Positions 9,430 through 19,854 are shown, counted from the first letter of the stretch. The stretch is 64,000 nucleotides of DNA from an uncultured Verrucomicrobiae bacterium (GCA_963824795.1 CAWGQU010000010.1:1215-65214); one strand, 5' to 3'. Program-made: numbers and translations. Notes: generated from the sequence alone by a model not told the origin.

Positions 9430-10767
9430 TCACTTCTTCATCAAATCTAGGACGGCAGTCGTAACACCGATCAGGCCGATCTTAATCGTCGGCTCTGGCA
9501 GTGGGGCGAACTTGCTCGAGTGCAAACTCGGTAACGCTTGTCCGGTCTTCTCGCTCTGCGCGATTTTTTCTGGTGCGACGGCACCGATCCAAAAATCGCA
9601 TGCGGGGATCGAGTGATCGGGCAGACTGAATTCCGAAAAATCTTCGCCACCCATCGTCGGATCGCGCTCGACCACATTGTCGGCGCCGATCGCGCTTTTC
9701 CAATCTTTCACGAGGCGCTGCGTCAGTTCGGGATTGTTGTACATCGCCGGTGTGAATTCATCTTCTTCAACGTGCACGATCGGCATCTTGTCATCCGGGA
9801 AACCAGCGGCAATTGCCATGCCTTTGGCCACACGCGCGATTGCGTTGAGCACATGTTTGCGCACCTCTGGTTTATAAGTGCGCACCGTCAACTGCATCTT
9901 CACTTCGTTGGAAATAATATTGTGTTTCGTCCCGCCATGAATTGATCCCACCGTGATCACGATCGGATCGAGCGGATTATTTTCGCGACTAACGATTGTT
10001 TGCAACCCCATCACAATCTCGGACGCGAGCACTACAGGGTCTTTCGTCTTGTGCGGATACGCACCGTGACCGCCAACGCCTTGCACCGTGATGTCGACCG
10101 AGTCGACGTTCGCGCAGGCGTATCCTTCATGATAAGCAATCTTGCCGGCAGCAAGTTCGGCGTTGTCGTGATAACCAATCGCGTAATCCGGTTTCGGGAA
10201 TTTCTTATAGAGGCCGTCGTTCAACAGTGCCTTCGCCCCTGAGCCAGTTTCTTCCGCCGGTTGGCCAACGAATACGAGCGTTCCGTGCCATTGATCTTTT
10301 AGCTTTGCGAGTGCGCGCGCCGCTCCAATGAAAATCGCCATGTGCGCGTCATGTCCGCAAGCGTGCATCACGTGGACTTCCTTGCCATCCGGCGTTTGCG
10401 CCGTGACTTTGCTTGCGTAGGGCAAGCCCGTTTCCTCCTGCACTGGTAGCGCATCCATGTCCGTGCGAATAAGCACGGTCGGGCCGTCACCGTTTTTCAT
10501 CACGCCGACGACGCCGTAACCAGTCAGGCCCGGTGTTTCGTATTTGCCGACGTGTTCGGTCACGTCACAGCCAGCTGCTTTCAATTCCTTCGCGACCAAA
10601 GCCGAAGTGCGTTTTTCCTGCGTCGACAACTCTGGGTTGGTGTGGATGTCCTTGTAAATGGTGACTAGCGACGGCAGCTCGCTCTCGGCCAGCGATTGTG
10701 GCGTTTGCTGGGCAAAGAGCGGAGTGGCGAAAAGTGCAGCGACAAAAGCAAAGGAGCGAATCTTCAT
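9430..10767 (-). CDS. Secreted M20D-family amidohydrolase (aminoacylase/hippurate hydrolase-like)
   Basis: Signal peptide MKIRSFAFVAALFATPLFA. Metal-site motifs MHACGHDAH and GQPAEE. The start at 10767 is preferred because the 10806 extension runs into a repeat. Confidence 0.8.
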   Translation of the reverse strand: MKIRSFAFVAALFATPLFAQQTPQSLAESELPSLVTIYKDIHTNPELSTQEKRTSALVAKELKAAGCDVTEHVGKYETPGLTGYGVVGVMKNGDGPTVLIRTDMDALPVQEETGLPYASKVTAQTPDGKEVHVMHACGHDAHMAIFIGAARALAKLKDQWHGTLVFVGQPAEETGSGAKALLNDGLYKKFPKPDYAIGYHDNAELAAGKIAYHEGYACANVDSVDITVQGVGGHGAYPHKTKDPVVLASEIVMGLQTIVSRENNPLDPIVITVGSIHGGTKHNIISNEVKMQLTVRTYKPEVRKHVLNAIARVAKGMAIAAGFPDDKMPIVHVEEDEFTPAMYNNPELTQRLVKDWKSAIGADNVVERDPTMGGEDFSEFSLPDHSIPACDFWIGAVAPEKIAQSEKTGQALPSLHSSKFAPLPEPTIKIGLIGVTTAVLDLMKK

Positions 10768-10781
10768 TCTGCACGTATAGC

Positions 10782-10845
10782 TGTCATGCCGAGCGAAGTC
10801 GAACACCGAGAGACGAGCTGCCGCTCGTCCGGGACTCGCTTAGAA
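10782..10845. repeat. Family-B element, degenerate/half copy
   Basis: The left arm TGTCATGCCGAGCGAAGTCGAAC is intact. The right arm is only vestigial (GGGACTCGCTTAG). Confidence 0.55.
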
Positions 10846-12195
10846 CACGAACATCCCAACCGCCGCACCGACCATCAGCATCGCCGTAAGACTTACGATT
10901 GCTCGACATAGGCGGGAGCTGCAGTTGTGATTCATGATCCTGGGATCGCGCGCTACGGCCAAAATTCCGATGAGGAGAAACGGCGCGAGCAATCCATTAA
11001 GGACTGCGGCCCAGAAGAGCGCTTTCACAGGGTTGACGTTCGCGAAATCGAGAACAATTCCAGTGAGCGTAGAAAGAATAATCACGAGATAGAAGGGCCG
11101 CGCGTCGGCGAATTTTTGGCTGAGTCCATGATTCCACCTAAAGCTTTCGGCAAGAGCGTAGGCGGCTGAGCCACTAAGGGTGGGGATGGCCAACAGACCG
11201 GCGCCGATCACTCCGAGTGCGAAGAGTGTTCCAGCGAATTTTCCCGCGAGCGGGGCGAGCGCACCCGCGGCTTGTGCGGACGTTTCGATGTTAGTCACTC
11301 CGTGAAGATGAAGAGTGAGAGCGGCGGTTAAGATGATGAAGTACATCACCACATTGGAGAAGAAGGAACCGCCGCCGACCGCGAGCGCGCGTTCCTGCAT
11401 TTCTTTCGCCATCTCCGCGTGCGTCCAGGAGTGACTTGGGCGCTTCGCCGCATTTTTGGCTTCGACTTCGTGTGATGCCTGCCAGAAAAAAATGTACGGA
11501 CTAATGGTGGTCCCGAGAACGGCGACCAGCGTAGCCCACGCCTCGCGCCCGCTCGGCCAGCTTGGAATAAAGGTGTCATGCAGGATCGTCATCCAATCGG
11601 GTCGAAGCACGACGGCAGTAACGACGTAAGCCAGAAGCGCAATCGTGAGCCATTTCAGAATGTCCACAATTTCATGGTAGCGGAAATGAATCGTGGCCAC
11701 GGCGGTGCCGATCCCGAAAAGAACGACGAAGTAGTGAGAGTTAATCGCGGTCACCATTTCAACGACGTCCGCCATGGCGGAAAGGTCCGCACCAATGGTG
11801 ACGGTATTAGCGACCAGCAGAGCTCCTGAGAGAAGAATGATGAGCGGTGCCGGGTACTTATTGCGAAGAGTTCCGGCTAATCCTTTGCCAGTGACGAATC
11901 CGATTCGCGCGCACATCATCTGTACGGCCGCCATCAGGGGCCACGTAACGAATGCCGTCCATAAGAGGCCAGTGCCGAGTCGCGCTCCGGCGATAGAATA
12001 AGCCGCAATGGCAGACGGATCATCGTCTGCCGCGCCGGTGATCAGACCTGGCCCCAGGAGGGAGACAAAACGGACGAGACGATTCGATTTTGTCTTGCGT
12101 CGAAACCGATTGGTTTCCAGTTCAGTCGGCGAGCGGTTCCCATTGGCTCCGCCCGCTTGCGACAGGCAGACGTCTCCTGCGACTCGATGATCCAT
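10840..12195 (-). CDS. Nramp-family divalent metal cation transporter
   Basis: 451 aa and polytopic. N-terminal GPGLITGAADDDPSAIAAYS motif typical of the bacterial Nramp-related family. Confidence 0.8.
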   Translation of the reverse strand: MDHRVAGDVCLSQAGGANGNRSPTELETNRFRRKTKSNRLVRFVSLLGPGLITGAADDDPSAIAAYSIAGARLGTGLLWTAFVTWPLMAAVQMMCARIGFVTGKGLAGTLRNKYPAPLIILLSGALLVANTVTIGADLSAMADVVEMVTAINSHYFVVLFGIGTAVATIHFRYHEIVDILKWLTIALLAYVVTAVVLRPDWMTILHDTFIPSWPSGREAWATLVAVLGTTISPYIFFWQASHEVEAKNAAKRPSHSWTHAEMAKEMQERALAVGGGSFFSNVVMYFIILTAALTLHLHGVTNIETSAQAAGALAPLAGKFAGTLFALGVIGAGLLAIPTLSGSAAYALAESFRWNHGLSQKFADARPFYLVIILSTLTGIVLDFANVNPVKALFWAAVLNGLLAPFLLIGILAVARDPRIMNHNCSSRLCRAIVSLTAMLMVGAAVGMFVF

Positions 12196-12203
12196 AGCTC
12201 GCG

Positions 12204-12992
12204 CTAGTCAGCATGTGGAGGGAGGCACGAGTCCTCTGATAAGTTGCTCAAGTCCGCGAATACGATTCGTTGCGTGAGCGGCGGAGTGTCGGCGCTCACA
12301 TTATCTTCTGCATGCGGGGAACATTCGCCGATTTTTTCCGGCGCGTTCTCCGCCGAAACGAAGGAATTCGCTTTTGATCGCCTCATTCCATCGAGGAACA
12401 GTTGGCGCTCGTCTTCGGTACAATTTGCCCACGCCTTGAGCAGCCGGTCGAGCGGCCGGTCGATTTGTCCAAGCGCAGCGGATTTGGTGGACGAGATTTG
12501 ATTGGCGGCGCGGCGTGTGACTTTGCCGCGATTAATGACCTGACCGAAGACCTTTCCATCGATTTCTTTGGGCGCCGGGCTATACGAAAGATTGGGATTG
12601 CGTCCACTCTTCCGCGCCAATCGCTCTTGCGCGGACTCTCGCATTAAGTTTTCTATTTTTTGCAACAGCACGGGCAGATCGAGCGGCTTTTCCATAAGGG
12701 CGTCCACGCCGGCCGCGACCGCGGTAGCATATTGGTCTGGACGCGCGGTAATCACGATTACCGGTATGAGTGGATCGATCGCAGTGACTTGCCCGAAGAC
12801 GTCCCAGCCGCTTTTCTTTGGCATGTTCAGATCAAGGAGAAGGAGATCGAACGGGCCTTCGCTTCGAAATTTCCCGATCGCCTCATCGCCATCCGCAGCG
12901 TGGATCACGTTGTAGCCTTCGGAAACAAGCACGCCGGCCAACCCGGCGAGAACAGCGAAATCATCATCGACCAACAGGACTCTTTTTTTCAT
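12204..12992 (-). CDS. Response regulator: receiver domain plus an uncharacterised C-terminal region
   Basis: MKKRVLLVDDD..., phospho-acceptor context LLLLDLNMP, and conserved K (LMEKP). The C-terminal ~130 aa show no recognisable output domain. The start at 12992 is chosen over 13016. Confidence 0.75.
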   Translation of the reverse strand: MKKRVLLVDDDFAVLAGLAGVLVSEGYNVIHAADGDEAIGKFRSEGPFDLLLLDLNMPKKSGWDVFGQVTAIDPLIPVIVITARPDQYATAVAAGVDALMEKPLDLPVLLQKIENLMRESAQERLARKSGRNPNLSYSPAPKEIDGKVFGQVINRGKVTRRAANQISSTKSAALGQIDRPLDRLLKAWANCTEDERQLFLDGMRRSKANSFVSAENAPEKIGECSPHAEDNVSADTPPLTQRIVFADLSNLSEDSCLPPHAD

Positions 12993-13139
12993 GTCCGTGC
13001 GCATAGCTCCCGGCATGCCACCAGATTGACGGACTGTGCTAAGCGCTGGCTGACAGACGTTTGGAAGTTGAACGAAATCTGCCGCCGACTTGTCAGGTGA
13101 TCACTGGCTTACCGCACTTGGTAAGTAGGTTGCCAGATC

Positions 13140-14504
13140 ATGAACCTTTCTTCGAGATCGCGGCTCTTCGTGCTAATCGGGACGATGTGCTGTCTCGCTG
13201 TCCTGATTGTCTGGGCGGCCATCACCAGTTGGGTGAAATTGCGTGATGTTCGCAGACATTTCGAACACATGGAGAGCGAGAGTTTGCAGTACGATGCGGA
13301 GCGTCTTCACGCCTTGGTCGTAAGCACGACGGCGTCCCTCTTTACCTTCGAAGTCACGGATCGAGCAGAAGATCGGCATAAATTGGATGAACACTACAAG
13401 CAGCTCGGTGGTTGGATGGAATTAACAAAAGCGGCTCTCATGACTGATAGCGAAAGAGCAGTCTTCGAGGAGATTAATGCCGCTTATTCTCGTTACATTG
13501 CTGAAACCAGGGCACTGGCCGATGCGAACCCGATCAACGAACCGAAGGCTGTAATGATTGATCGTTTCGGACAAATCCAACGCGCCTCGGAGCAGCTGCT
13601 GACACTTTCCGCCAGACTCGCGACCCTCCGCAGCGAGACGCTCGGACAGTCGATCCGCAAATCCGACAGGTCGGTTGTGATTCTTCAGCAGGTGATTTTC
13701 GGTTCTCTTCTGGCGCTCATTATTCTGTCGGGGTGGAGCGTGCGCGTTATCTATCGCGAAACCATTGCTCCGCTCAAACTCAAGCTGATCGAGACCCGCG
13801 AAATAGCGGAGCGACAGGAAAAGCTCGCTTCGCTCGGCGTCCTGGCGGCCGGAGTCGCGCACGAAATTCGTAACCCGCTCACGGCGATCAAGGCGCGCTT
13901 GTTCACTCAAAAGAAAGCGCTTGCCGCGGGTTCGCCCGCCTACATCGATGGAGAATTTATTGCGCGAGAGATCAGTCGCCTCGAACGGATCGTTCACGAT
14001 TTCCTCGCCTTCGCCCGACCCGCAGCAACGGAGCGAAAGAAAATTTCTCCTCTCGACTTGCTCGGCCAGGTTCGCGAGTTGCTCGCCCCGCAATTGCGGG
14101 AAAATGCGATTGATCTCACAATGGAACCGAGTGCAAGCGTGCAAATTGAGGCTGACTCACATCAACTGCAGCAGGTGCTGATCAATCTTGTGCAAAATGC
14201 GGCCGACAGCATTGGCGAAAACGGTCATATCGTTCTTCGCAATCGTTCCGATAAGATCGCCCTCAGCGATGGTGTTCGCGATGTTGTAGTTCTCGAAGTG
14301 GAGGACAACGGCAAAGGAATTCCCGCCGACGTGCAACAGCGATTATTCGATCCATTTTTTTCCACGAAGTCGAGCGGCACAGGGCTCGGGCTCTCCATCG
14401 CGGCGCGCATCGTGGAACAACATGGCGGCGCAATCCAATACCAGACCCAGGTGAATCGCGGCACCACTTTCGGCATTATTCTTCCCGCCGAGACCGAATC
14501 GTGA
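13140..14504 (+). CDS. Sensor histidine kinase (HisKA + HATPase_c)
   Basis: Two TM segments. H-box HEIRNPLTAI. N/G boxes (LVQNAADS, DNGKGI, GTGLGLSI). Confidence 0.85.
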   Translation: MNLSSRSRLFVLIGTMCCLAVLIVWAAITSWVKLRDVRRHFEHMESESLQYDAERLHALVVSTTASLFTFEVTDRAEDRHKLDEHYKQLGGWMELTKAALMTDSERAVFEEINAAYSRYIAETRALADANPINEPKAVMIDRFGQIQRASEQLLTLSARLATLRSETLGQSIRKSDRSVVILQQVIFGSLLALIILSGWSVRVIYRETIAPLKLKLIETREIAERQEKLASLGVLAAGVAHEIRNPLTAIKARLFTQKKALAAGSPAYIDGEFIAREISRLERIVHDFLAFARPAATERKKISPLDLLGQVRELLAPQLRENAIDLTMEPSASVQIEADSHQLQQVLINLVQNAADSIGENGHIVLRNRSDKIALSDGVRDVVVLEVEDNGKGIPADVQQRLFDPFFSTKSSGTGLGLSIAARIVEQHGGAIQYQTQVNRGTTFGIILPAETES

Positions 14505-15913
14505 AACCACGCGCAAGAATTCTGTTGGTAGAAGACGATCAGCAAATTGCCACCGCCCTGACGCGTGTTCTCGCCGACGAAGGCTATGAAGTCACGCATG
14601 CCGATGATGGTTCGAAAGGACTCTCACTGGCCACGGACGCTCGATGCGACTTGGTCGTCACTGATTTCAAAATGCCCGGCGTGACTGGAATGGAGTTGGT
14701 CCAACGTCTGCAGGACGCGCGTCCACGTTTGCCAGTGATACTAATGACCGCGCACGGGACCACTGATACTGCAATCGAAGCGACCAAACTCGGAGCCTAC
14801 GATTACCTGCTCAAACCTTTCGAAATGCCAGACCTTCTTCTCCTGGTGGAAAAGGCGGTAACGAGCAGTCGTCTCATGCTCGAACCGATTGATATCGGCG
14901 CGGTCTCGCCCGGCCGCAATGCACTCATCGGCAAGAGTCGCGTCATGCAGGACATCTATAAGGAAATCGGGCGCGTCGCCGCGAAACCGGTCACGGTCTT
15001 GATTCGCGGTGAAACCGGAACCGGCAAGGAACTAGTCGCTCGCGCCCTTTATCAGCACAGCGATCGCGCCGATAAACCATTCATCGCCGTGAACTGCGCC
15101 GCGATTCCGGAAACGTTGCTCGAAAGCGAACTCTTCGGACACGAAAAAGGCGCCTTCACCGGCGCCGACATGCGGCGCATCGGCCGCTTCGAGCAGGCGC
15201 ATCAGGGCACAATTTTTCTCGATGAAATCGGCGACATGTCGATTAACACGCAGGCGAAATTGCTGCGAGTCCTTCAGGAGAAATCGATCCAGCGGGTCGG
15301 TGGCAAGGAAGTTATTTCTACTGATGTGCGGGTGATTGCCGCCACTCACAGCGATCTGGATGCTGCCATAAACGCGAAGGAGTTTCGCGAGGATTTGTAT
15401 TATCGACTCAACGTTGTCGCCATCACGATTCCTCCGCTCCGCCAGCGTCGCGATGATATTCCGGATCTCGCGCGATATTTTCTGATGCGGCATGCGATGG
15501 ATTTCAATGTCGAAACCCCCGCCATTCATTCCGCCGCGATTGAGTTCCTCTGCGAGCAGATGTGGCCAGGCAACGTTCGGGAATTGGAGAACACTCTTCA
15601 CAAAGCGCTCGCTCTGGCGCGGGGCTACACCATTGGCCTGGAGGAGGTGCGCGCGGCGGTGCGTTTTTCGCGCAAGTCCACTGGTGAAGCGTCAATCCTG
15701 TCCGGTTTCGTCGCTGATCTCGTGGGTGCCGCCAGCCGTGGCGAAATTCAAAACGCGCACGCCACTGCGATCGAAGCGACCGAGAGAGAACTCTTCTCGC
15801 AAGCGATCAAACTCGCCCACGGCAATCAAGCCAAAGCTGCGCGTTGGCTCGGCGTCTCTCGCGCAACAATGCGCGAAAAACTTATCCAGTTCGAAGCCCA
15901 TCCGTCGTCGTAG
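14501..15913 (+). CDS. Sigma-54-dependent response regulator (NtrC family)
   Basis: Receiver domain, AAA+ sigma-54 interaction domain (GETGTGKE, ESELFGHEKGAFTGA) and a C-terminal Fis-type HTH. 4-nt overlap with the kinase gene. Confidence 0.9.
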   Translation: MKPRARILLVEDDQQIATALTRVLADEGYEVTHADDGSKGLSLATDARCDLVVTDFKMPGVTGMELVQRLQDARPRLPVILMTAHGTTDTAIEATKLGAYDYLLKPFEMPDLLLLVEKAVTSSRLMLEPIDIGAVSPGRNALIGKSRVMQDIYKEIGRVAAKPVTVLIRGETGTGKELVARALYQHSDRADKPFIAVNCAAIPETLLESELFGHEKGAFTGADMRRIGRFEQAHQGTIFLDEIGDMSINTQAKLLRVLQEKSIQRVGGKEVISTDVRVIAATHSDLDAAINAKEFREDLYYRLNVVAITIPPLRQRRDDIPDLARYFLMRHAMDFNVETPAIHSAAIEFLCEQMWPGNVRELENTLHKALALARGYTIGLEEVRAAVRFSRKSTGEASILSGFVADLVGAASRGEIQNAHATAIEATERELFSQAIKLAHGNQAKAARWLGVSRATMREKLIQFEAHPSS

Positions 15914-15980
15914 CGACGACGATTCGCGCGGCGCAGACTGACGCAGTTGTCATCTGTCCCGATGTCGCGCACCATTTCGT

Positions 15981-18176
15981 GTGGCATTCGAGGACAACCA
16001 ACTGCTCTTCGGTTCCGATCCAGCACCGCGCATTGTGGCGATCGAGTTGGGCGAGACGGGGACGGTCAAGGTTTATCGCCGCGAGAAAGATGGGACGACG
16101 ATTTGCGATACGGAACCTTTTCATCCCTTCGTCTGGGCGGATGGCGACGTGGCCGACCTTGGCCTAACGAACGCGGAGAAACTTTCAGGCGACCTGAGAT
16201 ACAACTGGCTCGTCACCACAGATAGCTGGAAGGAATTAATCGCGCTGCGCAACGGCCTGAAAAAAGCGGGCCGCAGTTTTTTTGCCTTGAGCGATCCGGT
16301 GCAGCATTACCTCACGCACACGGGTCGAACACTTTTCAAACAGCTTCCGTTTGAAGAATTGCGCCGGTTACAGGTTGAAGTGCTTTCGCCATCGGGAGAA
16401 AGCGATCTCGCGGAAGCCTCGCAGAATCACATCGCGAGCATTGCGCTTTCCGATAATTCCGGTTGGGAAGAATTGATTGTCGTTGATCCAAAGAATGCCG
16501 GGGAATCCGAACATGCTGCTTTAAAACGCCTAACGAGTATCGTTAAAGAACGCGATCCCGATGTGATCGAGGGACACGATCTGTTTCGCTTCGATCTGCC
16601 CTATCTTGTCGCTCGTGCGCGGAAAGCGAAAACGAAACTGGATTGGGGAAGAAGTGGAGGATTTCTGCGCTCGCGCCCGTCGCGCCTGCAGATTGCGGAG
16701 AAAACGATCGATTACCCGAAGTTCAGCGTCGAAGGGCGACATTTCGTCGATACATTCTTGCTCGCGCAATTTTACGATGTTGGCCTGCGCAGCCTTTCCG
16801 GTTTCGAGAGAGCCGATGTCGCGCGGCACTTCGGTTTTTGCGAGAGCGAGGAAATTTCCTCGCTTACCGGCAGGGAATTGCAACGCGCATATCTGAGTGG
16901 AAGCGAAGAATTTCGAAAGCGCGCAATCTGCGCGGTGCACGAAACGCGTGCCGTCTCCGATCTCCTCAGTCCGAGCTATTTCATCCAGGCGCAGATTTTT
17001 CCTTATAACTATCAGGACGTGATTGTGCGCGGGAACGCCACGCGCATCAACGCGCTCTTCCTGCGCGAGTATTTCCGGCAGCGTCAATCGATTCCTGAGA
17101 TGCCGATGGTGCGCGGATTCGAAGGCGGTTACACCGATATTTTCTTCACCGGTGTCGCGCGCAACGTCTGGCATTGCGACATCGCGTCGCTTTATCCGTC
17201 GATTATGCTGGAGTTTGATTGCTTCCCAGCAACCGATCAGCTCCAGATCTTCCGGCATCTGCTTACCGACCTGCGCACATTCCGGTTGCAGGCGAAGGCT
17301 GACATGCGCGGCGCGAAAGAGCCAAAGCAGCAGCGCTATTTCCACGCGCTGCAAAACACGTTCAAGATCTTGATCAACAGCTTTTATGGTTATCTGGGTT
17401 TTGCGCAGGGAAATTTTGCGGATTTCGATGCGGCCGCACGGGTAACGCAAATCGGTCGCGATCTCCTGAAAAAAATGATCGATTGGCTCACGGCACAAGG
17501 CGCGCAAGTCATCGAGGTCGACACCGATGGAATTTATTTCGTTCCTCCAAAGGACAAAGACGCCGATAAGTTGCGCGACGAACTCGCGAAGGAATTACCC
17601 GCAGGAATCGAAGTCGAGTTCGACGAACAGTTTGACGCCATGTTCAGCTACAAGGCGAAGAACTACGCACTCCTGACGCGCGATGGCGAGGTCGTTATCA
17701 AGGGTGGCGCGTTGAAATCGCGGGGTCTCGAAAAATTCCAGCGCGTCTTCATGGAGGAAATGATCAAGCTTGTCATGCAGGGAAAACCCGAGGCGATCGG
17801 AATGTTGCGTGAAGATTTCGAACAGAAAATTCGCAAGCAGGAATTGCCGATTGATATGCTGATGAAAACCGACACGCTCCAGGATTCGCTCGAGAAGTAT
17901 CGTACCAAAATTGCCGGATCAGCACGCAATCGTGCCGCGGCTTACGAACTCGCCCTAACGAGCGGTCGCGCCTACAAACCGGGGGATCAGATCAGCTATT
18001 ACGTCAAGGCTACGCCCAAGAAAGTCGCCGCCTATGAAGCCGCGAAGCTCGTCAGCGAGTTTGACCCGCAAAACCGGGACGAAAACGTCGATTACTACAT
18101 CACCAAGCTTGCCGACCTGGTGAAAAAGTTCTCCACGTTCATCCCGGCTGCAGAACAGGAAACGCTTGCGCTCTAA
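15981..18176 (+). CDS. polB: Family-B DNA polymerase (Pol II-like)
   Basis: 731 aa with a GTG start. Motif A DIASLYPSIM, motif B KILINSFYGYLG, motif C VIEVDTDGIYF. Exo II-like GHDLFRFDLPYL. The Exo I DxE motif is not evident. Confidence 0.85.
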   Translation: MAFEDNQLLFGSDPAPRIVAIELGETGTVKVYRREKDGTTICDTEPFHPFVWADGDVADLGLTNAEKLSGDLRYNWLVTTDSWKELIALRNGLKKAGRSFFALSDPVQHYLTHTGRTLFKQLPFEELRRLQVEVLSPSGESDLAEASQNHIASIALSDNSGWEELIVVDPKNAGESEHAALKRLTSIVKERDPDVIEGHDLFRFDLPYLVARARKAKTKLDWGRSGGFLRSRPSRLQIAEKTIDYPKFSVEGRHFVDTFLLAQFYDVGLRSLSGFERADVARHFGFCESEEISSLTGRELQRAYLSGSEEFRKRAICAVHETRAVSDLLSPSYFIQAQIFPYNYQDVIVRGNATRINALFLREYFRQRQSIPEMPMVRGFEGGYTDIFFTGVARNVWHCDIASLYPSIMLEFDCFPATDQLQIFRHLLTDLRTFRLQAKADMRGAKEPKQQRYFHALQNTFKILINSFYGYLGFAQGNFADFDAAARVTQIGRDLLKKMIDWLTAQGAQVIEVDTDGIYFVPPKDKDADKLRDELAKELPAGIEVEFDEQFDAMFSYKAKNYALLTRDGEVVIKGGALKSRGLEKFQRVFMEEMIKLVMQGKPEAIGMLREDFEQKIRKQELPIDMLMKTDTLQDSLEKYRTKIAGSARNRAAAYELALTSGRAYKPGDQISYYVKATPKKVAAYEAAKLVSEFDPQNRDENVDYYITKLADLVKKFSTFIPAAEQETLAL

Positions 18177-18225
18177 ATTGCGGCGCGAGCTCCGGCCCGA
18201 TCAAATCTCTTTGCAATGCGGCTTC

Positions 18226-18254
18226 AAACTTGACGGCTTAAAGCCGTCAAGTTT
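18226..18254 (+). terminator. Perfect 12-bp stem-loop about 50 nt downstream of polB
   Basis: AAACTTGACGGC-TTAAA-GCCGTCAAGTTT. Only a short T run follows, so an intrinsic-terminator role is tentative. Confidence 0.45.
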
Positions 18255-18316
18255 ATGGAAGCGCAAAATCGCATGAGCTGGTATCGATGCCGGTGACAAA
18301 CGGCGACGTGCGCCGT

Positions 18317-18637
18317 TTATCTCACTAACCGCGCCAGTGCGCCGATCATCGAGATGATCGGCCAGGCCGAGACGGCAACGATTACCGTGAAGAGAATTCC
18401 TTCCTTCACATAATCGCGGCTCGTTTCGTCACCGAGGAATTCGCTGCTCAGTTGCCGGAAGCTATGCAGCTCGGCAACGGGGCTCGTTTTTCCCGGTAAC
18501 AAGGCAGAGACGCTACGCGCCTCCGCACTCGGCCGGAACTGATAGTCGATTAATGGGAAACTCCCGTGCGCGCGTATTCCACGGCGGTCGCCGCGCGAAA
18601 AACGCTCACGGAAATTTATTTGAGGTGTTGGTTTCAT
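18317..18637 (-). CDS. Hypothetical small tail-anchored membrane protein
   Basis: 106-aa ORF with one C-terminal hydrophobic helix (GILFTVIVAVSAWPIISMIGAL). No recognisable family. Confidence 0.3.
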   Translation of the reverse strand: MKPTPQINFRERFSRGDRRGIRAHGSFPLIDYQFRPSAEARSVSALLPGKTSPVAELHSFRQLSSEFLGDETSRDYVKEGILFTVIVAVSAWPIISMIGALARLVR

Positions 18638-18965
18638 ATTGATGATTTCAAGTTGATTTCGATCGCTTTACCCAGGCACACTGCGCCCGAGGATTCGACC
18701 ACTGGGGTTCCGCGAATGTGCGGTCTCCAACTTGGCGAGATCGCGACGCGCCTACTCCGCCAGCCGGACTTCGGCCATGCAGGTTTGCGCGTTGATCGTC
18801 TTCATCTCGGTCTAAATTATAGCGAATTGCATGCCTGTCGAATAGAGGGAACCTGTTCCCGACGTAAGTGGCTGGGGGGGAGTCACAAACGCGGATAAGA
18901 TTGTTCGGAACCTCGGGACCATTTTGCGGCCCTTCTTTCAAAACTGCGAGCCAGCGTGACGCATC

Positions 18966-19751
18966 GTGAGGGCAGGGTATGATGGCTTCGTCGTGACTTC
19001 CAAAAATTCCAGGCACAAGCCGCCCGTTCGCATCGCGATGTGGTCCGGTCCGCGGAACATTTCGACCGCGATGATGCGCTCGTGGGGGAATCGTAAAGAT
19101 ACCAGCGTCATTGATGAGCCGTTCTACGCTTATTATTTAGAGGCGACGAGGAAACAGCATCCGGGCGCTGCCGAAATCATCGCGCACGGCGAAACCAATT
19201 GGCGAAAAATCGCTACCCAATGTGCCGGGGACCTCAGCGCACCGAGTGATATCAAAATCGTCTACCAAAAACAAATGACCCATCATTTGTTGCCAGAAGT
19301 AGAGCGAGACTGGTTAGGCGATCTTAGCAACTGCTTCCTTATCCGCGACCCGGCCGAAGTGATTACCTCGTACATCAAGAAGAACGACGATCCGAAGTTC
19401 GAGGACCTGGGTTTTATTCAACAAGTCGAAATCTTCGAATGGGCGCGCACTCACACCGGTTCGATCCCACCGGTCATCGATGCCAAAGACGTTCTGAAAG
19501 ATCCCGAACGAATGCTGCGACTACTTTGCCAAGCGATCGGCATCCAATTCGACGAAGCGATGTTGTCGTGGCCGCCGGGTTTGCGCGAAACGGATGGTAT
19601 GTGGGCGAAGCATTGGTATGGCGAGGTGACAAGATCGACATCGTTCCAGCCGTATCGATCAAAGGCCGAACGAATACCCGTGCATTTGCGCAAGATTCAC
19701 GATCAATGTCGCGAATGTTATGAGCAATTGTATGAGTGTCGTTTGCAATAG
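18966..19751 (+). CDS. Sulfotransferase-fold (P-loop-like) family protein
   Basis: MWSGPRNISTAMMRSWGNR... N-terminal signature. About 250 aa. The exact start is uncertain. Confidence 0.6.
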   Translation: MRAGYDGFVVTSKNSRHKPPVRIAMWSGPRNISTAMMRSWGNRKDTSVIDEPFYAYYLEATRKQHPGAAEIIAHGETNWRKIATQCAGDLSAPSDIKIVYQKQMTHHLLPEVERDWLGDLSNCFLIRDPAEVITSYIKKNDDPKFEDLGFIQQVEIFEWARTHTGSIPPVIDAKDVLKDPERMLRLLCQAIGIQFDEAMLSWPPGLRETDGMWAKHWYGEVTRSTSFQPYRSKAERIPVHLRKIHDQCRECYEQLYECRLQ

Positions 19752-19757
19752 AAGTGT

Positions 19758-19843
19758 TGTCATCCCGAGCGTATGCGAGGGAGCTCACGAACTATGTGTG
19801 ACGTGACTACAAAGAGAGGTTCCTCGCTTCGCTCGGAATGACC
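19758..19843. repeat. Family-B palindromic element, copy 4
   Basis: TGTCATCCCGAGCGTATGCGAGGGAGCTCACG ... GAGGTTCCTCGCTTCGCTCGGAATGAC. Confidence 0.85.
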
Positions 19844-19854
19844 GGAAAAGAAAA

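Noticed and set aside
13119-13139. Sigma-54-like promoter on the minus strand (TGGCAA-N5-TTAC) upstream of the response-regulator gene
   Set aside because: The spacing is right, but the invariant GC of the -12 element is missing (TTAC instead of TTGC). This is too weak to call without data.
7581-16162. 8.6-kb stretch (ftsZ to the polB start) with no TCGTTAGG copy, considered as a possible foreign island
   Set aside because: At about one copy per 1.8 kb, a gap this long is unusual but not compelling once the several possible window positions are taken into account. The gene content (ftsZ and others) is core-like.
16530-17507. 325-aa ORF antisense to polB
   Set aside because: It lies wholly inside a well-supported CDS on the opposite strand. 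It has Arg/Leu-rich composition with no motifs, which is typical of a shadow ORF in GC-rich DNA.
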